The notes under the pieces were generated by a model. It was not told the DNA's origin. It saw only the letters and a list, made by a program, of their open reading frames with translations, and did not search any database. The position numbers were made by a program, and so were the translations under genes. Shown here piece after piece: positions 38,479 to 46,281 of a stretch of 64,000 bases of DNA. This DNA is from Halorarum halobium (GTDB lineage: Archaea > Halobacteriota > Halobacteria > Halobacteriales > Haloferacaceae): assembly GCF_032116555.1 (NCBI RefSeq), contig NZ_CP134949.1, positions 3,038,001 to 3,102,000 on the forward strand, in the 5' to 3' direction. Every line of letters begins with the position of its first letter. Positions within the stretch are counted from its first letter, which is position 1.

Positions 38479-38900
38479 CGCGTCCGGGCGTACCCCAGCG
38501 CCACCGTCCCGACCACGAGCGCGGCGAGGAACGCGGGTACGCCGAACCCGGGCCCGAACGCGGTCGATTCGTCCGTCGAGTCGGCCATCCCCCCGTCCAT
38601 GCCGGTCCCGGTCATCCCCGAGTCGGTCATTCCGGTCCCGGTCATCCCCGAGTCGGTCATTCCGGAGTCCGTGGTACCGGAGTCGGTCATCTCGTCGTCC
38701 ATCCCGGCTTCCGTCCCCGTCATCGAGTCGTTCATCCCCGTCTCGGTCCCGTTCTCCTGTGCGTTCGTCGACTCCGCGAAGCCGTTCAGGTCGGTCGCAG
38801 CGGCCGCGTTCGTGGCGGCCAGCGCCCCCGTCACGCCGACGGCGAGCAGGACCGTCGCCGTCACGAGCAGGGTGCCGACCGCGAGGGTGGGTCGTCGCAT
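38475..38900 (-). CDS. Small Met-rich surface protein with signal peptide and PGF-CTERM anchor
   Basis: 'MRRPTLAVGTLLV...' signal, (T-D/G-S/T-G-M)n repeats, C-terminal 'FGPGFG'+TM+'RTR'. Start set at ATG 38900. Confidence 0.8.
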   Translation of the reverse strand: MRRPTLAVGTLLVTATVLLAVGVTGALAATNAAAATDLNGFAESTNAQENGTETGMNDSMTGTEAGMDDEMTDSGTTDSGMTDSGMTGTGMTDSGMTGTGMDGGMADSTDESTAFGPGFGVPAFLAALVVGTVALGYARTR

Positions 38901-39069
38901 CACCGATGGGGAGGGGAGGCTTCCCAAAAGGGATTTTCTGAGGTCTCTCCCGGCTCTCTGTGGGGTTCGTGAGGAGTCGATCGAAACTCCGTCTAGAGTT
39001 CACCTCGACCGGGACCGTCAGCAGACGACCGGAGCGGGAGAGCGTGATTCGAACGCGGCGAGAAGTCGA

Positions 39070-39141
39070 TGCGTGGGGGACGAATCGAACGATCCAGCTC
39101 GACCGTGGAACGGCCGCGTGTTTCCCTTACACCACCCACGC
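39070..39141 (-). tRNA. tRNA-Gly(TCC)-like gene, non-canonical
   Basis: Minus strand folds as acceptor GCGTGGG/CCCACGC, D arm GTGT-AAGGGAA-ACAC, anticodon arm CGGCC-GTTCCAC-GGTCG, T arm GGA(T)CG-TTCGATT-CGTCC with one bulge, discriminator A. Confidence 0.6.
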
Positions 39142-39146
39142 GCGGA

Positions 39147-39231
39147 CGAAAGGGGGCGGATTCGAACCGCCGAGGCCTCTTCGGCCACCCACCGCGACGG
39201 TGGATGCTCTACCGGGCTGAGCGACCCTTTC
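39147..39231 (-). tRNA. tRNA-like gene with long variable arm and aberrant anticodon loop (central triplet TCG)
   Basis: Minus strand folds as acceptor GAAAGGG/CCCTTTC, D arm GCTC-AGCCCGGTA-GAGC, anticodon arm TCCAC-CGTCGCG-GTGGG, V arm GGCC-GAAGA-GGCC, T arm GGCGG-TTCGAAT-CCGCC, discriminator G. Confidence 0.65.
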
Positions 39232-39301
39232 ACGCGGCGACGTCCGCCGCGTTCACGACGAGGGGCGCGACCCAACTCGTAATTCGTCCGCTAACGGGCG
39301 G

Positions 39302-40486
39302 TTAGTCGTCGGCGAGCCGGTCCTCGAGAACGCCGGGCAGGAAGCGGTCCTCGTGGGACTCGATGACGTCCGCGTTCTCGACGAGCGTCTCGATCACGCC
39401 GCGGATGCCCTCCTCGAACGTGACCGACTGGCCGCCGATGAGGTCGGCGTAGCGCTCGTTCTCGATCTCCATCTGGTGGGTCTCGTCCTCGTCGCGCGGG
39501 TTCTCGAAGTGCTCGACCTCCGTGCCGAGATCGAACTCGCCGGCCACGTCCGCGATCGTGTTGCCCATCTCGACGATGGAGATGGGCCGGGTCACCTGGT
39601 TGTAGACGACGTGGTCGTCGGGGCGGTCGTCCGGGTCGCCGAGCGCGAGGCGGGCGAGCCCCTCGACGGCGTCCTCCAGCGCGATGAACGGCTTGCGCTG
39701 CTCGCCCTTGCCGTACACCGTGATGGGGTAGCCCGCGACCGCCTGGGCGGCAAAGCGGTGGGCGACGACGCCGAAGTAGTAGTCGAAGTCGAAGCGGGTG
39801 GCGAGCCGGTCGTCGGTGGCCGTCTCGTCGGTCTCGGCACCGTAGACGATGGCCGTCCGCACGTCGGAGATCGGGATGTCGAACTGCGTGTGGGCGAGCC
39901 GCAGGTTCGCCGCGTCGTGGCTCTTGGTGAGGTGGTACCACGAGCCGGCCATCGCCGGGAACGGGACGTCGTCGCGCTCGCCGTCGTTCTCCATCGCCGC
40001 GCCGCCCTCGGGGATCGGGAACTCGGGTGCGCCGTAGACGCCGGTCGTCGTCGTCTCGACGAAGTGGGTGTCCGAGAGGTCGTTCTCGTGGAGCCCCCAG
40101 ACGAGGTTCCGGGTCGCCTGCATGTTGTTGTGCTGGGTGTAGTTCGCCCGCTCGCCGTTGATCTGCGAGTACGGCGCGGAGGGCTGTGCGGCGGCGTGGA
40201 CGACGGTGTCGGGCTCGTGGACCTGGAGGAGTTCGTCCACGAACGCGCGGTCGGTCAGGTCGCCCTCCACGAACGAGAGGTTCGCGAGCCCGAGCGCCTC
40301 CTCGGCCGCCTCGAGCCGCGTCTCGATGTCCGCGACCGGCGTGGCCGAGACGGAGCCGACCTCCTCGACCCAGCCGCGGCGGCCGAAGTTGTCGACGAGC
40401 ACGACGCGCTCGTCAGTTCGGGAGGCGATGCGGAGCGACGTGGGCCAGCCGACGTAGCCGTCGGCACCCGTGACGACGATGGTCAT
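39302..40486 (-). CDS. UDP-sulfoquinovose synthase-like (SqdB/Agl3) extended SDR
   Basis: 'VTGADGYVGWPT', 'VDNFGRR', 'QPSAPYS', 'GVYG.P', 'GSWYHLTKSHD', 'TRFDFDYYFG.V.HRF..QAV.G.P.TVYGKG'. Confidence 0.8.
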   Translation of the reverse strand: MTIVVTGADGYVGWPTSLRIASRTDERVVLVDNFGRRGWVEEVGSVSATPVADIETRLEAAEEALGLANLSFVEGDLTDRAFVDELLQVHEPDTVVHAAAQPSAPYSQINGERANYTQHNNMQATRNLVWGLHENDLSDTHFVETTTTGVYGAPEFPIPEGGAAMENDGERDDVPFPAMAGSWYHLTKSHDAANLRLAHTQFDIPISDVRTAIVYGAETDETATDDRLATRFDFDYYFGVVAHRFAAQAVAGYPITVYGKGEQRKPFIALEDAVEGLARLALGDPDDRPDDHVVYNQVTRPISIVEMGNTIADVAGEFDLGTEVEHFENPRDEDETHQMEIENERYADLIGGQSVTFEEGIRGVIETLVENADVIESHEDRFLPGVLEDRLADD

Positions 40487-40487
40487 G

Positions 40488-40508
40488 GTTACTCAGATTC
40501 TGAGTTAC
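40488..40508. promoter_or_regulatory. Palindromic operator GTTACTC-N7-GAGTTAC (TrmB-like motif) upstream of the sqdB-like gene
   Basis: Lies immediately upstream of the ATG at 40486, with one arm mismatch relative to the 30750 site. A second palindrome, GATACA-aaac-TGTATC, lies at 40516-40531. Confidence 0.55.
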
Positions 40509-40781
40509 TACACGAGATACAAAACTGTATCGGTCCGAGTGCGGGACCCGCGGCCCGCACTCCCGAGGTGACGGCGAGAATCACACGAACGGTCGGTTCC
40601 GGGGGCGGTCCCGCACGGTAACGGGACTCCGGGCGGCCGGTCGTCGGTCCGGTCGGTGGAACGATGCCCGGCGGTGAACGCTCCGCGTGAGACCGCCGAT
40701 CGCAGTGAAAAAGTCGAGGGTGCGGCGACGTCGTGATCGCGGCGACGGACGACCGACCGCCCCAGCCGACGAACGGGCGCC

Positions 40782-41540
40782 TCAGCCGACGAACGAGCGC
40801 CGCGCGGCACCGACCACGTCGAACGTGTCGCCGAGCATCAGCCGGGCGTACCAGCCCGACAGCCGGGCCAGCGCGTTCAACACGTGGAGCCCGACGAGAC
40901 AGAGGCTCACGCCGAGCCCCGCGACGAACAGCGCCTCCGCGAGCGTCGTCACCTGCCAGGAGCCGACGGTCACGACCGCGTCGAACCCGACCAGCAGCCG
41001 GTTCCAGCCGAAGTACAGCGCCGGGTGGAGTTCGACCGGGCGTTCGGCGACGAGCCCCACGTACACGCCGGGCTGGTCGTAGTACAGCGGGACGAACAGC
41101 AGGCTGACGCCGGTCGTGAGCGTCGACATGACGACGGTGAAGGAGGCCAGCCCGAACAGGAGCTTCGTCGGGAGGTAGATCAGCGCGGTCCAGGTGCCGC
41201 GGTCGGTCGCCAGCGAGACGAGCTGTTCGGGGAACGAGCCGTCCTCGATCCGCGTCGGCGCCTCGAGTTCGACGCCAAGCAGCGCGGTCGTCAGCCAGCG
41301 TTCGAGCCCGGCGAGCCCGAGCGAGGCGGCCAGCACGACCGCGAGCAGCGGCGCGCCGACCACGACGAACAGCAGCGCCGCGCCGAGCGAGACGCCGATG
41401 GAGACGAACGTGAAATAGAGGAAGCCCAGCGGGAGCGCCAGCGAGAGATAGAGGAGGTTCAGGTACGTCTGCGGGCGGAACGGCACCGCGAAGAACGAGC
41501 GGAGTCGACCGCCGACGCTCGCCCGTTGCGTCCGTGACAT
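40782..41540 (-). CDS. Stand-alone 'Sensor'-domain membrane protein
   Basis: 'RPQTYLNLLYL.LALPLG..YF', 'LAGLERWL...LLG', 'D.GTWTAL.YL..K', with multiple TMs. Start set at ATG 41540. Confidence 0.75.
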   Translation of the reverse strand: MSRTQRASVGGRLRSFFAVPFRPQTYLNLLYLSLALPLGFLYFTFVSIGVSLGAALLFVVVGAPLLAVVLAASLGLAGLERWLTTALLGVELEAPTRIEDGSFPEQLVSLATDRGTWTALIYLPTKLLFGLASFTVVMSTLTTGVSLLFVPLYYDQPGVYVGLVAERPVELHPALYFGWNRLLVGFDAVVTVGSWQVTTLAEALFVAGLGVSLCLVGLHVLNALARLSGWYARLMLGDTFDVVGAARRSFVG

Positions 41541-41771
41541 CTCACCGAAACGTCGCCGAGGTTCGCGCATAAACGTTCGGGTCGGTCTGGCGAGCGTGCA
41601 AGCCGTCCGCGGGGATCGAGTCCCCCGCCGCCCCAGCACCACGGGAGATGAGCGGCGCGAACGCGACGGCACGTGGGACGGGTCGGGGCGGGGCGGTCGG
41701 ACGGCTCCCCGTCGCCGGCACGGGCCGGACAGTCGGGGGACTTTTGCTCCCGGGTCGGGACACGAGCCACG

Positions 41772-42122
41772 ATGGCCGATGACGGGGACGTGACCGGCGT
41801 CGTCGACCTCCTGGGCGACGATTACGCCCGGACCATCCTCACGCAGACCCGGCGGGAGCCAAAGTCCGTCGACGCGCTGAGCGACGCCTGCGAGGCGGAT
41901 CCGTCGACCGTGTACCGGCGCGTCCAGCGGCTCCAGGCGGCCGACCTGCTGGAGGACCACCAGCGGCTCGACCCCGACGGCCACCACTACAAGGTGTACG
42001 CCGCGAGCGTCCGGGAGGTCCGGGTCCGGCTCGACGAGGACGGCTTCGAGGTCGACGTCGAACGCGACCCCGAGGAGAACGCCGCCGACCGCTTCACCCG
42101 ACTGTACGAGGGATTCAAATGA
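41772..42122 (+). CDS. ArsR-like winged-HTH regulator
   Basis: 'LLGDDYARTIL..T..EP.SV..LSDACEADPSTVYRR...L', 'DPDGHHYKVY', 'ADRFTRLYEG'. Start set at ATG 41772. Confidence 0.85.
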   Translation: MADDGDVTGVVDLLGDDYARTILTQTRREPKSVDALSDACEADPSTVYRRVQRLQAADLLEDHQRLDPDGHHYKVYAASVREVRVRLDEDGFEVDVERDPEENAADRFTRLYEGFK

Positions 42123-42493
42123 GAGCCACGCACCACCTCCCATCGCTCCCGACGATCACGGCGCTACCGACGGTCACGTCGCCGCTCCCGCTTCAGACGA
42201 CGACCGGCGGGTCGCCGACGGTGGTGCTGCTCGTCTTCGCGGCGCTGTTCGTCGCGACGCTGCTCTCGATGTATCTCGCCCTGCGGCTCTACCGCGGCTA
42301 CCGGACCGGCGGCGGCCGCGGAACGCTGCTGCTGGGGGTCGGCCTCGTGCTCGTGACGACGGTGCCGCTGCTGGTTCGGCTCGCGCTCTCGAACGTGCCC
42401 GCCGTCCCGCCGACGACCCGCTCCATCGTCGCCACGGCGAGCCAACTTGTCGGCCTGCTGGTCGTCCTGGGGGTGATCCATGACCGCCGGTGA
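42119..42493 (+). CDS. Small membrane protein
   Basis: Three hydrophobic segments and 'LYRGYR'. ATGA overlap with the HTH gene. Confidence 0.7.
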   Translation: MRATHHLPSLPTITALPTVTSPLPLQTTTGGSPTVVLLVFAALFVATLLSMYLALRLYRGYRTGGGRGTLLLGVGLVLVTTVPLLVRLALSNVPAVPPTTRSIVATASQLVGLLVVLGVIHDRR

Positions 42494-42854
42494 CCCCACG
42501 GTCGGCATCCCACCGGCGACCGTCGTCGAACCGGGGAGCGTCGCCGACCTGGCGAGCGTCCTGCAAGCGATGGCACCCCTCGACCCGGCGAGCGTGCTGT
42601 TCGTGACCGCGGCCGCGACGGCGCTCGTCGGCGCGGTGGTCGCCGCCATCGCGTACCGGGGCTACCGCAGAAACGACAGCGAGTCGATGGGATTCCTCGC
42701 GCTCGGCATCGTCTGTTTCGCCGTCGCGCCGTTCCTGTTGACCTACGGCGTCGGGCCGGTCGCCGCGCTCTCGGACGCGGAGACGCTGCTCTCGGTCCTC
42801 TGTGCGAACATCGCGGGGCTGCTCGCCGTCCTCCACTCGCTCGACGGCGTCTGA
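42480..42854 (+). CDS. Small membrane protein (paralogue of the preceding gene)
   Basis: Three TMs and 'AYRGYRRN.S..M.FLA.G'. Overlaps the previous gene. Confidence 0.75.
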   Translation: MTAGDPTVGIPPATVVEPGSVADLASVLQAMAPLDPASVLFVTAAATALVGAVVAAIAYRGYRRNDSESMGFLALGIVCFAVAPFLLTYGVGPVAALSDAETLLSVLCANIAGLLAVLHSLDGV

Positions 42855-42982
42855 CCGACCCTGCCTTCGGCGGCGTCCGCCCGGAGCGGCCCGTCGTCCC
42901 ACTTAGTTCTGTCGCGGAGTCGCCGACACGACAACCCGTCGGGCGGCTATACCGTGGTGTCGTCCGTCGGTCCGCGTGCAGC

Positions 42983-43639
42983 ATGACGACGACAGCCACC
43001 CTCCGGGACGCACTCGGTTCGTTCCTCGGTGCCCCCTTCGACCCGCGCACGTATCGCAACCTCGCGTACCTCGTCCTCGCCGTCCCGATCGGCTTCGCGG
43101 CGTTCCTGGTCCTCTCGGTCTGCGTCTCGCTCACGCTCGGGCTGAGCGTCACCCTGCTCGGCCCGGTCGCGCTCGTGGCGACCCTGGCGATCGCCGTCGC
43201 GCTCGCCTGGGGCGACGTCACGCTCACGAGCGGCCTGCTCGGACGGCAGCTCTCGCCGACGTTCCCGGACACCGACGGCGACGCCGTGACCGTGCTGAAG
43301 CGGCTGGTCGTCGGCCGGCAGACGTGGGCGAGCGTGACGTACCTCTGCTGGCGCGCCCTTCTCGGATTCGTCGCACTCATGCTGCTCACCGTCGGCCTCT
43401 CGACCGCGCTCGGGTTGCTGGCGGCCCCGCTGGCGTACGGCGATCACCTCGCCATCACCTACCGGCTCGGCCGGTACCCCATCGACACGCTCCCGCGAGC
43501 GACCGGCGCGGCCGCCGTCGGCCTGCTCGCGCTGTTCGTGACGCTCGGGCTCTCCAACGTCATCGCGCGCGTTTCGGGCGACGTCGCCGACGCGCTGCTC
43601 GGCGCCGACTCGCTCGCCACGGGTGACTCTCCGGCGTAG
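42983..43639 (+). CDS. Stand-alone 'Sensor'-domain membrane protein
   Basis: 'DPRTYRNLAYL.LA.PIG' and 'RQTWASVTYL'. Similar to 40782..41540. Confidence 0.75.
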   Translation: MTTTATLRDALGSFLGAPFDPRTYRNLAYLVLAVPIGFAAFLVLSVCVSLTLGLSVTLLGPVALVATLAIAVALAWGDVTLTSGLLGRQLSPTFPDTDGDAVTVLKRLVVGRQTWASVTYLCWRALLGFVALMLLTVGLSTALGLLAAPLAYGDHLAITYRLGRYPIDTLPRATGAAAVGLLALFVTLGLSNVIARVSGDVADALLGADSLATGDSPA

Positions 43640-43707
43640 GCCGGGGTGACGCCCCGGAGCCGACCCACCCCAACTGCTTCCTCCCGCCGGCGCGAACGTC
43701 GGGGGGA

Positions 43708-44712
43708 ATGGACACACGAGCGGCGTTCTCGTGGGCGCTGGTCGCCGTGCTGGCGACGATCGCCTGGCTCCTCGTCCGGCCGTTCCTCTCGTGGCTCCTC
43801 GCGACCGGCCTGCTCGCGTTCGTGCTCCGCCCCGTCCACCGCCGCCTCGAGGGGCGCGTGGGGTCGCGGCCCGCCGCCGGCCTCCTCGTCGTTCTGGTCC
43901 TCCTCGTCCTGTTCGTCCCCGTGGCGCTCGGCGTGAACGCGGTGCTGACGGAGGGGACCGTTCTCCTGGAAGGGGTTTCCCGTGCGGAGGTGCTGGGGCG
44001 GCTCCAGCGCGTTCTCGAACGCTACACCGGCGTCGCAGTGCCGGTCCAGTCGCTCGCGAGTCAGGGGGCCGAGCGACTGCAGGAGTACGTGAGCCGGCGA
44101 ACCACGTCGTTTCTCGGCGCCGGCCTCCACGCGTTCCTGGGCTTCCTACTGTTGACGTTCGTCCTCTACTTCCTCCTCACGGACGGCGAGTCGTTCCTCG
44201 CGTGGCTGCGGCGGGTGACGCCGCTCGAACCGGCCGTCCGCGAGGACCTGTTCACGTCGGCGAACGACCTGACGTGGGCCGTGCTCAAGGGCCACGTGCT
44301 CGTCGCGGCCGTCCAGGGGCTCGTCGCGGGGATCAGCCTGTTCGTCACCGGCGTCCCGTACGCGCTCCCGCTCACCGCGGCGATGATGGTGCTCGCGCTC
44401 GTCCCCATCGTCGGCGTCTCGCCGGTGCTTGGCGGCGCCGTCGTCTACCTGTTCGTGAACGGACAGCCGCTCGGAGCGGCGTTCGTCGTCGTCTGGGGGT
44501 TCACCTCGGTGGCCGTCACCGACGACTACCTGCGGGCGTACCTGATCGACCGCGAGTCGGGGCTCCACTCGGCGACCGTGTTCCTCGGCATCGCCGGCGG
44601 CACGTACCTCCTCGGCGCGATCGGCCTGTTCGTCGGACCGATCCTCCTCGGCCTGTGCAAGACGACCGTCGAGGTGCTCGGCGACCACTACGGCGTGTTC
44701 GAACGCGCCTGA
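43708..44712 (+). CDS. AI-2E family transporter
   Basis: 'LAFVLRPVHRRL', 'LYFLLTDG', 'VAAVQG', 'DDYLR', 'GLFVGP'. Confidence 0.9.
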   Translation: MDTRAAFSWALVAVLATIAWLLVRPFLSWLLATGLLAFVLRPVHRRLEGRVGSRPAAGLLVVLVLLVLFVPVALGVNAVLTEGTVLLEGVSRAEVLGRLQRVLERYTGVAVPVQSLASQGAERLQEYVSRRTTSFLGAGLHAFLGFLLLTFVLYFLLTDGESFLAWLRRVTPLEPAVREDLFTSANDLTWAVLKGHVLVAAVQGLVAGISLFVTGVPYALPLTAAMMVLALVPIVGVSPVLGGAVVYLFVNGQPLGAAFVVVWGFTSVAVTDDYLRAYLIDRESGLHSATVFLGIAGGTYLLGAIGLFVGPILLGLCKTTVEVLGDHYGVFERA

Positions 44713-44761
44713 ACGCCACGAACCTCACGGGTCGGGGGAGCGAGTCGCTCGCCCGACGGAG

Positions 44762-44781
44762 TTGATTGGTCGATCAATCAA
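44762..44781. promoter_or_regulatory. Probable TetR operator palindrome
   Basis: TTGATTGGTC|GATCAATCAA (9/10 symmetric), about 35 nt upstream of the TetR start. Confidence 0.65.
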
Positions 44782-44815
44782 AACCGTTTTGTGACGGGCG
44801 GACGGACCGTGTGCC

Positions 44816-45406
44816 ATGGGAACGGGCGACACGGACGCGGACACGGCGACGAGGATCGTGGAGGCGGCGCGGCGAGCGCTGGTCGAACACGGCTACGACG
44901 GGCTCTCGATGGCCAGGGTCGCCGCCGAGTTCGACGGGAGCCAGTCGCTGATCCACTACCACTTCGACTCCCGCGAGGGGCTGCTCGCCGCGCTCCTGGA
45001 ACGGGAGCGTGACCTGTACATCGAACGCCTCGAAGCGCTCCCGGACGACCCCGAGAGGCGGCTGGAGCGACTGATGGACACGTTCGTCCGCGAGTTCGAG
45101 GACTGGGCCGAGGAGAGCGGGATGGCGACCCGGTTCGTCGAACTGTCCGCGGCCGCCACCGGCTCGGAACCCATCCGGGCGGCGCTGCGGGACATGTACG
45201 CGCTGATCCGCGAGGCGTTCGAGCGGACCATCGCCGACGGCGTCAGGTCGGGCGTCTTCGAGCCGGTCGACCCAGCCGAGGTCGCCCGGCTGTTGATGGC
45301 CGGACACGACAGCGTCGGGGAGCGCTGGGTCGTCGGGGAACCGAGTGAGATCCCGAGGATCGCCGACGCGCTCGACCGATACGTGCTCACGGAGGTCAGG
45401 CGGTGA
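44816..45406 (+). CDS. TetR/AcrR family regulator
   Basis: 'IVEAARRALVEHGYDGLSMARVAAEFDGSQSLIHYHFDSRE.LL'. Confidence 0.9.
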   Translation: MGTGDTDADTATRIVEAARRALVEHGYDGLSMARVAAEFDGSQSLIHYHFDSREGLLAALLERERDLYIERLEALPDDPERRLERLMDTFVREFEDWAEESGMATRFVELSAAATGSEPIRAALRDMYALIREAFERTIADGVRSGVFEPVDPAEVARLLMAGHDSVGERWVVGEPSEIPRIADALDRYVLTEVRR

Positions 45407-46149
45407 CCGACCCACGGCCGACCGAGGAGGGCGGGCAGGAACTGCCGGCCGGCGACGAGCCGTCCGCGCGGTCGATCGGGAAGCCGCTGGCCGTGCTCCG
45501 CGACCGGCCGTCGATCCTCGCCGGGCTTCCCCTGGCGTTGCTCGGTCAGACCGTCGTCGTCGTCGTCCTCGGTTCGTTCGTTGTGCCCTCCGAGGCCGGA
45601 CTCGTACTGCTGTTCGCGCCCCAGTGGATCGCAGCCACCACCCTCGTCGGGTTCGTGCTCTGGGTGGAACGACGGCCGCTCGCGTCGGTCGGGATCACGT
45701 GGCCCGGGTGGAGTGACCTCCCGCTCGGCATCGGAGGTGCCGTGGTCGGGCTGGCGACCCTCCCCGTCACGATCCCGCTGCGGGACGCGCTCGGACTGGG
45801 GACGAACGAGGGGTTCCTCTCCATGCTCGTCCAGCTTCCCCTCTGGGCAGTGCTCCTCGTCGTGATCACCGCCGCCGTGACGGAGGAACTGCTCTTTCGG
45901 GCCTACCCGATCGAACGGCTCGCGGAACTCACGGGGAGCGCCCGACTCGCGGCCGCCGTCTCCGTCGTCGCGTTCATGCTCCTCCACGTGCCCGCCTGGG
46001 GCGTCGGTCACCTCGTCACGATCGGCGGGATCACGATCGTCCTCACCCTCCTGTACCTGCGGTGTCGCCGCCTCGGACCCGTCGTCGTCATGCACTTCCT
46101 GAGCAACTTCGTCCTGCTGATCGTCGTCCCGCGGCTCGGCTCGTTCTAG
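45403..46149 (+). CDS. CPBP (CAAX/Abi) family intramembrane metalloprotease
   Basis: 'EELLFRAY', 'FMLLH', 'MHFLSN'. GTGA overlap with tetR. Confidence 0.9.
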   Translation: MTDPRPTEEGGQELPAGDEPSARSIGKPLAVLRDRPSILAGLPLALLGQTVVVVVLGSFVVPSEAGLVLLFAPQWIAATTLVGFVLWVERRPLASVGITWPGWSDLPLGIGGAVVGLATLPVTIPLRDALGLGTNEGFLSMLVQLPLWAVLLVVITAAVTEELLFRAYPIERLAELTGSARLAAAVSVVAFMLLHVPAWGVGHLVTIGGITIVLTLLYLRCRRLGPVVVMHFLSNFVLLIVVPRLGSF

Positions 46150-46281
46150 CGGCCCTGTGCCGGCCGAGGGACGGCGACGGTCACCCCACCGCGGAAACGC
46201 CCGTCCCGGTGGCAGTCAAACGGGGGTAGCGGGTTCCAGTACCGGAAAACGAGGGGAGCGACCGCCGGACGGTGGGCGGTC

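Noticed and set aside
39033..39231. tRNA-like elements as an att site of an integrated provirus or island
   Set aside because: No integrase and no duplicated tRNA 3' end were found elsewhere in the window. It cannot be excluded outside the window.
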